From the NCBI GenBank assembly GCA_044892525.1, contig CM097887.1:8308001-8372000 (forward strand): a stretch of DNA of 64,000 nucleotides, written 5' to 3'. Shown here piece after piece: positions 10,215 to 19,220 of the stretch. The notes below the pieces were generated by a model. The model saw nothing but the letters and a program-made list of their open reading frames with translations, was not told where the DNA came from and did not search any database. This DNA is from Schmidtea polychroa. Its lineage: Eukaryota. How positions within the stretch are numbered: the first letter of the stretch is position 1; every line of letters starts with the position of its first letter. The translations under genes and the position numbers were made by a program.

Positions 10215-13200
10215 TTGACGATGATCGAGAACTATGCAAATAGAGAAAGGACACACCCATTATTGCGAGTAGTCAAAAGCCAATGGCCAATATTATTTAC
10301 AATAACAGATCAATACGGAGACACACCATTACACAAACTCATGAAAGTAGGTAACAACGAGCAAATACTAGAAACAATAGAAGCATTTCACGACTGCAAG
10401 CGATCAACAGAACAAACAAACAACCAAGGTTACACACCATTAATGATAGCCGCAAACAGAGGCAAAACCAAAGACATTATAACCGCATTACTCGATACCG
10501 GATCGAAAATAACTACACAAGACCACGAGCGGAAAAACGCTCTACATCATGCCATCGAAGGGAGAAGTACCGAGGCGTTCACGTCATTGATGGAACTACT
10601 ATCATATGAGGACAATCGGGAAGTCGGAAACATGTATGATGGATTGTTAACAGCGATCAAAGAAAAACTGACGACAATTACCGGAATATTAATTACATGG
10701 AGAAGTCCAATTCAAAACGATTATATGATCAACGTAAACGAAGCGTTCACGAGAGGAGAGAACACGCTGATGAGAGAAGCTATGAAAGGACATCATTTAT
10801 TCGAAATCCCGAATCAATTACTAGAACGAGGGATAAAATTCACAAATCACAAAGACGAACAGTTAACAAAAAAGCGAATCGACACATTCGAAAAATCACT
10901 ATTCCAATTTACTAACCAAGTACGAAATAAATATTGGGAAACGGTAAGTGTGTTATATATGATGGACACAATGAATAACATCCGCGAGAATTACCTGGAT
11001 ATTATCCAAATACTTACAGCAGAGGAACGAATCAATAATCCAAACGGAAAGAAAACGAAAATAAGGTATGAGAAATCCAGGGAATCAAAGTCAACAACGA
11101 ACCAAACGGTCATAAACAACGTCATCGAAACCAAATCAATGAGTATAGATCAGGAGGCAATAATACGCAAAGCGAAAGAGGTATTCTTTGAGGAAATGCT
11201 AGAGTTGTCAGACGAAATAATATTGTCAAAAATAATAAAAGCTGTACATACATACGCAAGAGATCAAACCACGGGTTTAGATATCGGGAAAATCAAAACC
11301 TTCTTGCCTCGAGCATTTACGATGGTAACGAAGGATTCCAGAACACCCCTACAACAAGCAATACTAGCAGCGAAAGAAAATAGAGCAATAACGATCGTGA
11401 GAATCCTTGGAGATATGGGCGAGGAAACCAACACGAAAAATGAACAAGGCGAAACCGCCATGATGTATGCAGCTATAACAAAAATACACCCAAAAACACT
11501 CCACATCCTACATCAATCAGGATCGAAACTAGACGAAAGGTCCAATGAAGGAAATTCCACCTTGGACTGGGCAACCATACAGCCAAACCTAGAAATGATC
11601 AGATTTATTTGCAAAAATGCGACAAAAGAAGAAGTTGAAAATATGTGCAAAAACACATCTCAGTTTCAATGGAATACGGTACGGAAAAATCTAGAAGCAA
11701 TGAAATTATTATTAACCTGGAGAGTACCACAAAATAATAAATATGCGATAAATGTAAACGAATTCTACGAAAACGGAGAAAATGCGATGGTAAAGAATAC
11801 CCTAACGAAGGGGGGGACGCCTAAAATCATTTTAGTAGTATTAAATAGAGAAGACCTAAAATTCACGCAAAATCAGAACGAGCAACAACGAATTGGGAAA
11901 CATCGTCGTATGCAATTGAGAGAGTTAGTCAAAGAATGGAATAGAAAGAGGCATGCTGCAACGGGCAGGAAGGAGTTTGAATTCGAAGCAAAATTAGCAA
12001 GAAACAGAGTGCTAACAGCATATCGCAGATTATTGAACGATATAAATGTCGAGGACGACATTTTAAACGACAGCGGGGGAGATAAACACGATGACAATAA
12101 CGGAAAAGGCCGAAAGGAGGATAAAGAGAAAAGAGAACCGGAGGAGGGTAAACCGGAAAACAAGGATTCGGATACGAAAAGAGAGGGAAACAGCCCGGGA
12201 ACTAAGACCAAAGAGGAGGAAAAATCGAATAATGGAAAACAGAGGGTATGCCTACCTTTCACTAACAAAGAAATAGAGACAAATATGATATTAATGATAA
12301 TTATGCTTACCATGATAGAGTTAGTAACAGCTCATGGAGGGACGAGGACGATAAAAGAAACCAAAGAAGCGGAGAATCAAGATAGCAAAGAGGACGAACT
12401 AAAACAAGAAAAGAAAAAGCAAGCACAAGAGCAGCAGTGGGATTTAAAGGAAGAATGGGACTTAAAGGAAAGGTGCATACTAGGAAGATGCATGTCTAGA
12501 GCGTATCAGAAACTAGTACTGATAAATGAGGACACAGAACCAATAACAGAAGTAAGAATACAAGAAGCATACCGAAACCGAGACGGGAAAAGAATAACGA
12601 ACGTTAAAGGAAAAGAGGTACACCTAGGAAAAGGTGGCGAAGTAGTAATAACGCAGCTCCAACCAAGAAAAGAGCACAAAGTCTGTATTTCAAGATTAGG
12701 ACCGGGTGAGAGATGCCATCAATATGTGACGCAGCAGCAGCCTCCGAAGGAATATACGGTTTGTATCTGGAGAAACGAATCAAAAAGAGAATGCCGACGA
12801 TACCCGGGGAAAAGAGGAAAGAAAAGGAAAAACCACGACGAAAAGGACGAAGGAGGAAAGCACAAGAAAACTGGTGAGGAAGCTCAGGACAACTATGTTT
12901 CGGAGGAAGAGATGGAAAAAATACAAAAGATGGCAAAGGAGGGTATGAACGAGGAAATAGCAAGAATACGGGAAATGATGAAAGGAAATGGCAAAAGAGG
13001 AAACGAGAAAAGTACAGAAGCGATATCAACATTAACAAACAAGGAAAAACCAGAGAGTATAAGCGTGAAGCAGATGATGTGGATCAGTGGGATAATAATA
13101 ACAGGGGCATTCCTAATCATAACGGGGGGAACAATAAAAATAATTAAGGATAAACGACATCGCGGAGAACTAGAGATGACTCGAATCAGAAATTTCCAAC

Positions 13201-13286
13201 ATCGAGTGAAACGACCAAGTGATATCAAACAAGAACAGTGGGTGGAGGCCTGGAACGCTCAGCGCCCTCCAAACTCACGTATATAG
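10215..13286 (+). CDS. Ankyrin-repeat protein (two ~340-aa-spaced ANK modules) fused to an internal signal peptide, FN3-like ectodomain and TM; first ATG 10221, frame open from 10149
   Basis: ANK motifs GDTPLH, GYTPLMIAA, KNALHHAI, RTPLQQAI, GETAMMYAA, GNSTLDWA; duplicated TWRxP..Y.INVNE motif (10695, 11715); hydrophobic segments 12285-12332 and ~13074-13145. Confidence 0.85.
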   Translation: MTMIENYANRERTHPLLRVVKSQWPILFTITDQYGDTPLHKLMKVGNNEQILETIEAFHDCKRSTEQTNNQGYTPLMIAANRGKTKDIITALLDTGSKITTQDHERKNALHHAIEGRSTEAFTSLMELLSYEDNREVGNMYDGLLTAIKEKLTTITGILITWRSPIQNDYMINVNEAFTRGENTLMREAMKGHHLFEIPNQLLERGIKFTNHKDEQLTKKRIDTFEKSLFQFTNQVRNKYWETVSVLYMMDTMNNIRENYLDIIQILTAEERINNPNGKKTKIRYEKSRESKSTTNQTVINNVIETKSMSIDQEAIIRKAKEVFFEEMLELSDEIILSKIIKAVHTYARDQTTGLDIGKIKTFLPRAFTMVTKDSRTPLQQAILAAKENRAITIVRILGDMGEETNTKNEQGETAMMYAAITKIHPKTLHILHQSGSKLDERSNEGNSTLDWATIQPNLEMIRFICKNATKEEVENMCKNTSQFQWNTVRKNLEAMKLLLTWRVPQNNKYAINVNEFYENGENAMVKNTLTKGGTPKIILVVLNREDLKFTQNQNEQQRIGKHRRMQLRELVKEWNRKRHAATGRKEFEFEAKLARNRVLTAYRRLLNDINVEDDILNDSGGDKHDDNNGKGRKEDKEKREPEEGKPENKDSDTKREGNSPGTKTKEEEKSNNGKQRVCLPFTNKEIETNMILMIIMLTMIELVTAHGGTRTIKETKEAENQDSKEDELKQEKKKQAQEQQWDLKEEWDLKERCILGRCMSRAYQKLVLINEDTEPITEVRIQEAYRNRDGKRITNVKGKEVHLGKGGEVVITQLQPRKEHKVCISRLGPGERCHQYVTQQQPPKEYTVCIWRNESKRECRRYPGKRGKKRKNHDEKDEGGKHKKTGEEAQDNYVSEEEMEKIQKMAKEGMNEEIARIREMMKGNGKRGNEKSTEAISTLTNKEKPESISVKQMMWISGIIITGAFLIITGGTIKIIKDKRHRGELEMTRIRNFQHRVKRPSDIKQEQWVEAWNAQRPPNSRI

Positions 13287-13446
13287 AAAGGAATATGACT
13301 GTATATAATTGTAAAAAGTAAGTATATCTTATGTATATAACAGTACTATATCTTTATATAAGCGCGGTATCAATATTATACGATAACGGGAATCATAAAA
13401 TAAAATTAAATTTACATAAGAGTTGAAAAGTGTATATAAATTAGGA

Positions 13447-13806
13447 ATGGATCAAGGAAATAACGAAATGAACCACAATACAGTAACTGAAGAATTATGG
13501 AAGCAACAATGTGCCGTATTAGCACAATTAGTGTCCAATTTGCAAGAACAAGGACTGACGATGCACAGAAACCTGATCGAGAGTATGAACAGAGGATTTA
13601 GTTATTTGAAGATAATTGAAGACCAGAGGTTAAAAATCGAACAAATGCAAAGAGAGATAGAGAGGATAACCCAATATAGCCGTCGACAGGAAATTGAAAT
13701 AGACCGAATGAGGGAGGAAGCAGAACAGATAGAAATAGAAGACTGGTCGGAATGGCTAATGAATAGAGAGGAGAGCGGACACGAAGCCGACTCTTCCGAA
13801 CCCTAA
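13447..13806 (+). CDS. Small coiled-coil protein of unknown function (accessory ORF)
   Basis: Intact ORF with heptad-like segments; ATG at 13447 preceded by TTAG|GA; same composition as the element. Confidence 0.6.
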   Translation: MDQGNNEMNHNTVTEELWKQQCAVLAQLVSNLQEQGLTMHRNLIESMNRGFSYLKIIEDQRLKIEQMQREIERITQYSRRQEIEIDRMREEAEQIEIEDWSEWLMNREESGHEADSSEP

Positions 13807-13891
13807 ACCAAACCTAGCTTAAAATGTAAATAAGTGTAAATAAAATATCGAACCTGTATCGATAAGAACTACTTGTACATATAATTATAGA

Positions 13892-15280
13892 ATGGATAAA
13901 CGACAAAGAGAAGAGTTCAGAGAGATTGTCGAGCAAGTCCGAAAATCTACAACGATCAGAATACACAAACATGTTATGTGCGGAATATGTGAAAAGTTGT
14001 TAAAGGAACCTCACCAAACGCAATGTGGATGCCGAGCATGTAAAGAATGTATCAGTGAAGCAATAAAGAATAGACCACAGAGGTGCCCGGTGTGCAAAGA
14101 GACACTAATATCGAGTTTAGAAGACACTAACGAGGATAAAGCCGCAGTGAAAGACATGTTAAACACCAACCTGGGATGCAAAAATGCCCCATGCGAATGG
14201 AAAGGAGTAATATGGAAGGTAGTACAACATATGGGAGAATGTATGTACAGAATTGGCCAGTGTGAAAGGTGCCATAAAACCATTCGAGCAAGCGAAGGAA
14301 AAGAGCATCAAAGGCAGTGTGAAGAGAGATTAGAAAGATGTGAACACTGTGGAGAAATAGATACGTGGATAAATCTCACCCTCAAACATCACAATGTCCC
14401 AGAGGAGAGAGTATGTGCAGAGTTCAGTGGGGAATGCCCAAACGGATGTAACCAAGGGGAAATAATGAAGGTGGCACAGCATCTAAGAGAATGCGAAAAG
14501 AAAAGAATGACATGCGTACTAGGTAGATGGGGTTGTCAGAAATTACTACACCGAGGTGAGTTACCACATCATTTAGTAGAAAATGCTTCAACTCACGCAG
14601 AAATGTGGTCGACTGCGTTACGAGAAAGCGAAGAGAAAGTAAAACAAATGGAGATAGAGATAACATCGTTGAAAGTGTTAGTCAAAGAACTACTAGAAGA
14701 AAGGGAAGCGTTCGAAGAAGCCCGAGCAAACATAAAGATGCAAATAAACCGAATAGAAATCAGTAATAATCAGGCCAAGGAGCTACATCAGAAAATACGG
14801 GAAATAAATCTAAATGAGATAACCCCAACAGCACCCTACATATGGAAAATAACGGGAGTAAAAGAAAGAATACGAAAAGCAAAAACCGGAGAAGAGACAA
14901 GAATAACAAGTCCTGCATTCCATTCTTGGAAAAATGGGTACAAAATGAAAATGAAGATATATCCCAACGGGGACGGAACCGGATTAGATACGCACTTTTC
15001 GATTTTCTTTCTGTTATGTAAAGGAGAATACGACGAAATATTAGAATGGCCGTTCCAGGCAAAAATCGATATTACTCTGATGAACAACCAAAGTATACAT
15101 GAGCAAAGCTTCAAAACAACGGGGAATCAAATAGCTTACCAGAGGCCCCTCAACGAAGAAGGATCAGCAACAGGAGCACCTACGTTCATCTCACAACAAA
15201 GAGTAGAAGATATGGCGAGAAATGATACCATATATATCAAGATGACCGTGAGGAAAGAGGAGAAGGGTAGAACGGAGTAA
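13892..15280 (+). CDS. Intronless TRAF-like protein (RING, TRAF zinc fingers, coiled coil, MATH)
   Basis: RING CGICEKLLKEP.QT.CGCRAC..C...CPVC; zinc fingers C.N..C.WKG....VQH..EC; MATH YIWKI...SPAF..W.NGYKM.MKIYPNGDG.GL.THFS.FF.L.KGEYD.IL.WPF. Confidence 0.95.
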   Translation: MDKRQREEFREIVEQVRKSTTIRIHKHVMCGICEKLLKEPHQTQCGCRACKECISEAIKNRPQRCPVCKETLISSLEDTNEDKAAVKDMLNTNLGCKNAPCEWKGVIWKVVQHMGECMYRIGQCERCHKTIRASEGKEHQRQCEERLERCEHCGEIDTWINLTLKHHNVPEERVCAEFSGECPNGCNQGEIMKVAQHLRECEKKRMTCVLGRWGCQKLLHRGELPHHLVENASTHAEMWSTALRESEEKVKQMEIEITSLKVLVKELLEEREAFEEARANIKMQINRIEISNNQAKELHQKIREINLNEITPTAPYIWKITGVKERIRKAKTGEETRITSPAFHSWKNGYKMKMKIYPNGDGTGLDTHFSIFFLLCKGEYDEILEWPFQAKIDITLMNNQSIHEQSFKTTGNQIAYQRPLNEEGSATGAPTFISQQRVEDMARNDTIYIKMTVRKEEKGRTE

Positions 15281-15473
15281 CCAATCGAATAATGTTGTAT
15301 ATAATAATCTGTATATATCGGTGTATATAACCAATAAAATATTATATAATAATAGTATGAAAACCCTAAATACGAAAACCCAAAAATGATGCGAAAATTC
15401 CCCAAGAAACAGTAAATAATGAATAAATTCCTTTTTCATAATAAAAAGATTAATCGATGTCTATGATTTAGAG

Positions 15474-16529
15474 ATGACACAAGAGAAAATAACCGAAACT
15501 GCGATAGCCCCAACCAATGTCAACAAGACACAAATTCCCCGAGAACATAACAAAAAATGGAACAAAGTAATGTTCCAACTAACTAATCTCACCCGAAACC
15601 ACATCGAAGAAACTAGAGAAGATGAGAATAGTCAATACCAATGGTTAATACACAACTTAAGAGCGGAAGCAGAAGCATGCAAAAGAGCATCAAAATGGGC
15701 GTCACTAGAAAATACCCGCCAAGAAGCACACAGCCACTACTTAAAGCAGCTAGTGCAGGAAGCGAGAAAGAGACTTACCGATGAGAACACCAAGCGCGAA
15801 GCGGAAAAACAAATAGAAGACAGGAAAATGATGCACTTAGTGGCAGAAGCGAGAAAATGGAAAAGACAAAACAGAGAAATGAAAAAAGAGATGAAAGAAT
15901 TGCCCATGAGACTCGGATATGAGAGCGAACAGGGCAAATGGGAGGAGAATTTAATAATAAAGGAAGAATTGAAAAGGTTGAGAAAGGTCGCCGCCCGAAG
16001 CCAAACCTGGCAAACAAAGGCTATGGAGTTTGAGCGACATTTGGCAATGAAGTGCGACATAAGAGAGCACGAGAATGCCGCAATGGAAGAGATGATAACC
16101 CAACAAGCGGGACGGGTTGTGGAATTAGTAAATCAGGTAGAAGAGATGAAAAGAGACCTTAATGGATTACAAGGATCGCTGGAACAAAGAAACATGGTCC
16201 TAGCGGGAAAAAACAAAAAATTAGAAAACGAAAGGAAAATGTACACCGAAAATATTAAAAACTTAGAAATAGAAATTGAAAAATGGAAGGGCGACGAGAA
16301 AGTCAAGGCCCTAGACAAACAGATAGAGGCGAAAGATGAAGAGACAAGGTATCTCACCTATCTGCTCGACGAGGAATTGAATATCACTCGAGCTCTAAGA
16401 GACGAAATTAATGAATTGAGAGCTCAAATCCCCCAATATTACCTACCATACGACCCTATTGCGATACAGTTACATTCCGCGGTCGATAGTGATGAAGGTT
16501 ATGTAGGCCAGGAGGAAACCTTCGTATGA
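15474..16529 (+). CDS. Long coiled-coil protein of unknown function (accessory ORF)
   Basis: 351-aa intact ORF, E/K/R-rich heptads. Confidence 0.7.
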   Translation: MTQEKITETAIAPTNVNKTQIPREHNKKWNKVMFQLTNLTRNHIEETREDENSQYQWLIHNLRAEAEACKRASKWASLENTRQEAHSHYLKQLVQEARKRLTDENTKREAEKQIEDRKMMHLVAEARKWKRQNREMKKEMKELPMRLGYESEQGKWEENLIIKEELKRLRKVAARSQTWQTKAMEFERHLAMKCDIREHENAAMEEMITQQAGRVVELVNQVEEMKRDLNGLQGSLEQRNMVLAGKNKKLENERKMYTENIKNLEIEIEKWKGDEKVKALDKQIEAKDEETRYLTYLLDEELNITRALRDEINELRAQIPQYYLPYDPIAIQLHSAVDSDEGYVGQEETFV

Positions 16530-16699
16530 GGGTGGATGAAAAGATGAAAAACTAAAAACCGGGACGTATATCCCAAACAAAAAAAATTAAAGTACAGTAA
16601 AAGTATTTGAGGGACTGTAACCCTGTGTAAATAAAAACGATATAAATGTATAAGTATAAGTCGCACTGTAGCGCATGATTAATTGTAAATATTATAGAT

Positions 16700-17398
16700 A
16701 TGAAAATCGAGGAAATGATAGAAATTATGAGCGACGTAGAAGAGGGAGAGATTGAGGCAGAAACAACAGAAACACAAACGCTAAAGGCCGAGTTACGGGA
16801 AGAGAAATACGAAAACGGGAGATTAATAAACAAATACCTGGAGGACCGGAAAATGATAAAGGTGTTAAAGAAAGAGTGCGAAGCGTTGGGGGAAATAAAA
16901 AGAGAAACGGAAGAGGAAAATGAATGGCTACACGAACAAAGGAAGCGAGGGAAAAACTGGGAAAAGATAGCGGGAGAACTATGGAAAGAGAGGGCAAGCT
17001 TCAAAGCAAAGGAGGTAATCCAAGACTACTGGAAAACTGAGGCGAAGGAGCGCCAAACAGCTATAAATAAATTAAAACGACAACTAGAAGAAAACCAACG
17101 GGAAAGTAAAGAAATGAGGAAGTGGGTCCGCAAATATAGAGAAATAGAAAGAAAACATCAACAACAAAATTACCTGCAAGAAAACGAACAAGATCTCCTA
17201 CAAATCGAGCTAAAAAGAAACCTTGAAAAGAAAAGGGAAGAAATTAGACGCTTGGAAAAAGAAATTAGACATCTAAAGAGAGAAGCCCGTGAAAAAGACC
17301 GACAATTGGAAATGCTGCCCGAGTTAAGACACAGGGTAATTAAAGCAGAGTCCACCTTGATGAGAATCGGCGAAAATAATCCAAATCAGAACCATTAA
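16700..17398 (+). CDS. Coiled-coil protein of unknown function (accessory ORF)
   Basis: 232-aa intact ORF, E/K/R-rich heptads. Confidence 0.7.
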   Translation: MKIEEMIEIMSDVEEGEIEAETTETQTLKAELREEKYENGRLINKYLEDRKMIKVLKKECEALGEIKRETEEENEWLHEQRKRGKNWEKIAGELWKERASFKAKEVIQDYWKTEAKERQTAINKLKRQLEENQRESKEMRKWVRKYREIERKHQQQNYLQENEQDLLQIELKRNLEKKREEIRRLEKEIRHLKREAREKDRQLEMLPELRHRVIKAESTLMRIGENNPNQNH

Positions 17399-17438
17399 AT
17401 TAAGGGTCATTAAAACCAATTGTAAATAAACATAATGA

Positions 17439-18107
17439 ATGTATAATAGTATCATGCGAGGCGAGATGATGATAACAATGATGGTATTGATGATTCTGAT
17501 GGAAAGCAAACAAATAGACGCCCAACCGAAAATCGTACGAGATTACCGAAATCAAAATCAAGAACCTAAACAAGAATCCAGTCAATGCACATACCCGATG
17601 ACCGTAAAAACCCATATCATCCAAACCATTCAATCAACCCGATCACACATCAACAACATCCAAACAATGTGTAAAAAGAATCCCATTTGTAAAATGATAA
17701 ACAAACAAATCCTCGAACAAATCCAACAATTCGACCAGTTGGAACAACAAATGCAACAAGAGAATTTTGGAAATCTGGTAGAAAAGCCAAAAATACCTCC
17801 CGAAATCAATGACACCCATTATCTCATATATGTGGTGATCGCAGAAACCCTCCTCCTATGTCTACCAATATTCATGAAAATTTACGAAGTTCGAAATAGA
17901 TGTAGAGTCTCGACATCAATAAGAGTAACCTCGAACCAAAATCCTCAAGAAGTGCCCCTGACAAATCTTAACCCATCCCCATTCCGACCTCGAACCCCGA
18001 GTAATCAACCAATCCAGCCGAAATCTAATAGTCAGACCTATCTCAACATCAATACCCAAACCAACCAACAGCCGCCAGCAGAAGCATCAATGGTTAACAG
18101 TTCATAA
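17439..18107 (+). CDS. Putative small type I membrane protein (accessory ORF)
   Basis: Signal-like MMITMMVLMILMES..IDA, Gln-rich ectodomain with 3 Cys, TM YLIYVVIAETLLLCLPIFM, Pro/Asn-rich tail; AATAAA follows at ~18214. Confidence 0.65.
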   Translation: MYNSIMRGEMMITMMVLMILMESKQIDAQPKIVRDYRNQNQEPKQESSQCTYPMTVKTHIIQTIQSTRSHINNIQTMCKKNPICKMINKQILEQIQQFDQLEQQMQQENFGNLVEKPKIPPEINDTHYLIYVVIAETLLLCLPIFMKIYEVRNRCRVSTSIRVTSNQNPQEVPLTNLNPSPFRPRTPSNQPIQPKSNSQTYLNINTQTNQQPPAEASMVNSS

Positions 18108-18669
18108 ACTCTAACTCAAACATTTGTGTTATTATATGTGGAAACTTTTATTGTATGTACAAACTATCACCTTAAGTGATACTTGCTTGATCTTGCTTTG
18201 ACCTTGATCTTACAATAAAAATTTTATCATTGTTGTATAATTTTCGTGTTCGTGTTATATTTTTTTTTGAATGAATGAATTAAGTTAATTATGCAATTGC
18301 GGGACGCAATTTTGATGGGTCCCCGAGTGATTTGTTGGGCTGAGTCGAAAATTTAATCGTTGAAAAATAAGAAAGTAGGGAAGTAGAACATTAAGAAAAA
18401 TAAAAATAAAATAAATAAAATCAGAAATAAAATAGAATAAGGTATAAGGAAAATAATAATTAAGACATAAGAATTAAAACAAAAAATAAAATTAAGAAAA
18501 GATTAAAATAGAACAAGTTGACAAATAAATAAAGAGGAATTCAAGAAATAATAAGGAAATTAAGGAAATAAATAGAAAAACATATTAAAAATAAAGAAAA
18601 TAAGGAGAAAACAACCTAAAAACAAGAAAATTATATTAAATTAATAGAAATAAGCGGTACTCAACTCTG

Positions 18670-18703
18670 ATTGGTCCGCACAAATAAGAATTTGATATAT
18701 ATA
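18670..18703 (+). promoter_or_regulatory. LTR core promoter: inverted CCAAT box (ATTGG 18670) and TATA (TATATATA 18696-18703)
   Basis: Both motifs are conserved in the solo LTR (25166, 25192); a conserved AG|GTAAGA donor lies ~50 nt after the TATA. Confidence 0.55.
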
Positions 18704-19220
18704 CAACTACCAAAAACATTAAATTTACTGTTAACCCCGAGCATTTCATAGGTAAGAAAAAATGTTTACTGTTTCTACTGTTAACCCCGAGCATTTCATA
18801 GACATCTACAACTCACGGAGACTTATTTCAAGGATCAGCAATACAAGTAGAGCAACAGTTAATTCGAAAAACTTCACAGCAATTCGAACTCAGTCACAGC
18901 AATCGACATTCGACGAATTATCATCAGACTAATTTGGAACGACTAACGTTAATTTTCCGATTCAGCCTAATTCCATAGTAAGGGATTTTTATTTATGATA
19001 TTGTTTTTCGAAGTTAATAGTAAATATGTATATTTAATGAGTAATTAAACTTTTAAATTTAACCAGACTCTCTTTTCATTTGATCCTGAATAACGATTTT
19101 GATAAAGTAAATAATTTAAATGTTTAAAAGTATTTATTGGTAACAGGTGAACTCTTACATAATTTTTATGGATATTTATTTTGAAGTGATAGTTTTATGA
19201 TTTCTAATATTAACGAGAAA

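Noticed and set aside
239-17815. Numerous minus-strand ORFs opposite the element genes
   Set aside because: Shadow frames of an A-rich sense strand (Leu/Phe/Ser-rich), with no motifs.
18727-18801. 25-bp direct repeat pair as a CRISPR-like array
   Set aside because: Only two units, no cas genes; better explained as LTR leader/mini-intron structure.
18921-18927. CTGATGA (minus strand) as a hammerhead core in the LTR
   Set aside because: No GAAA or stems, and not conserved in the second LTR.
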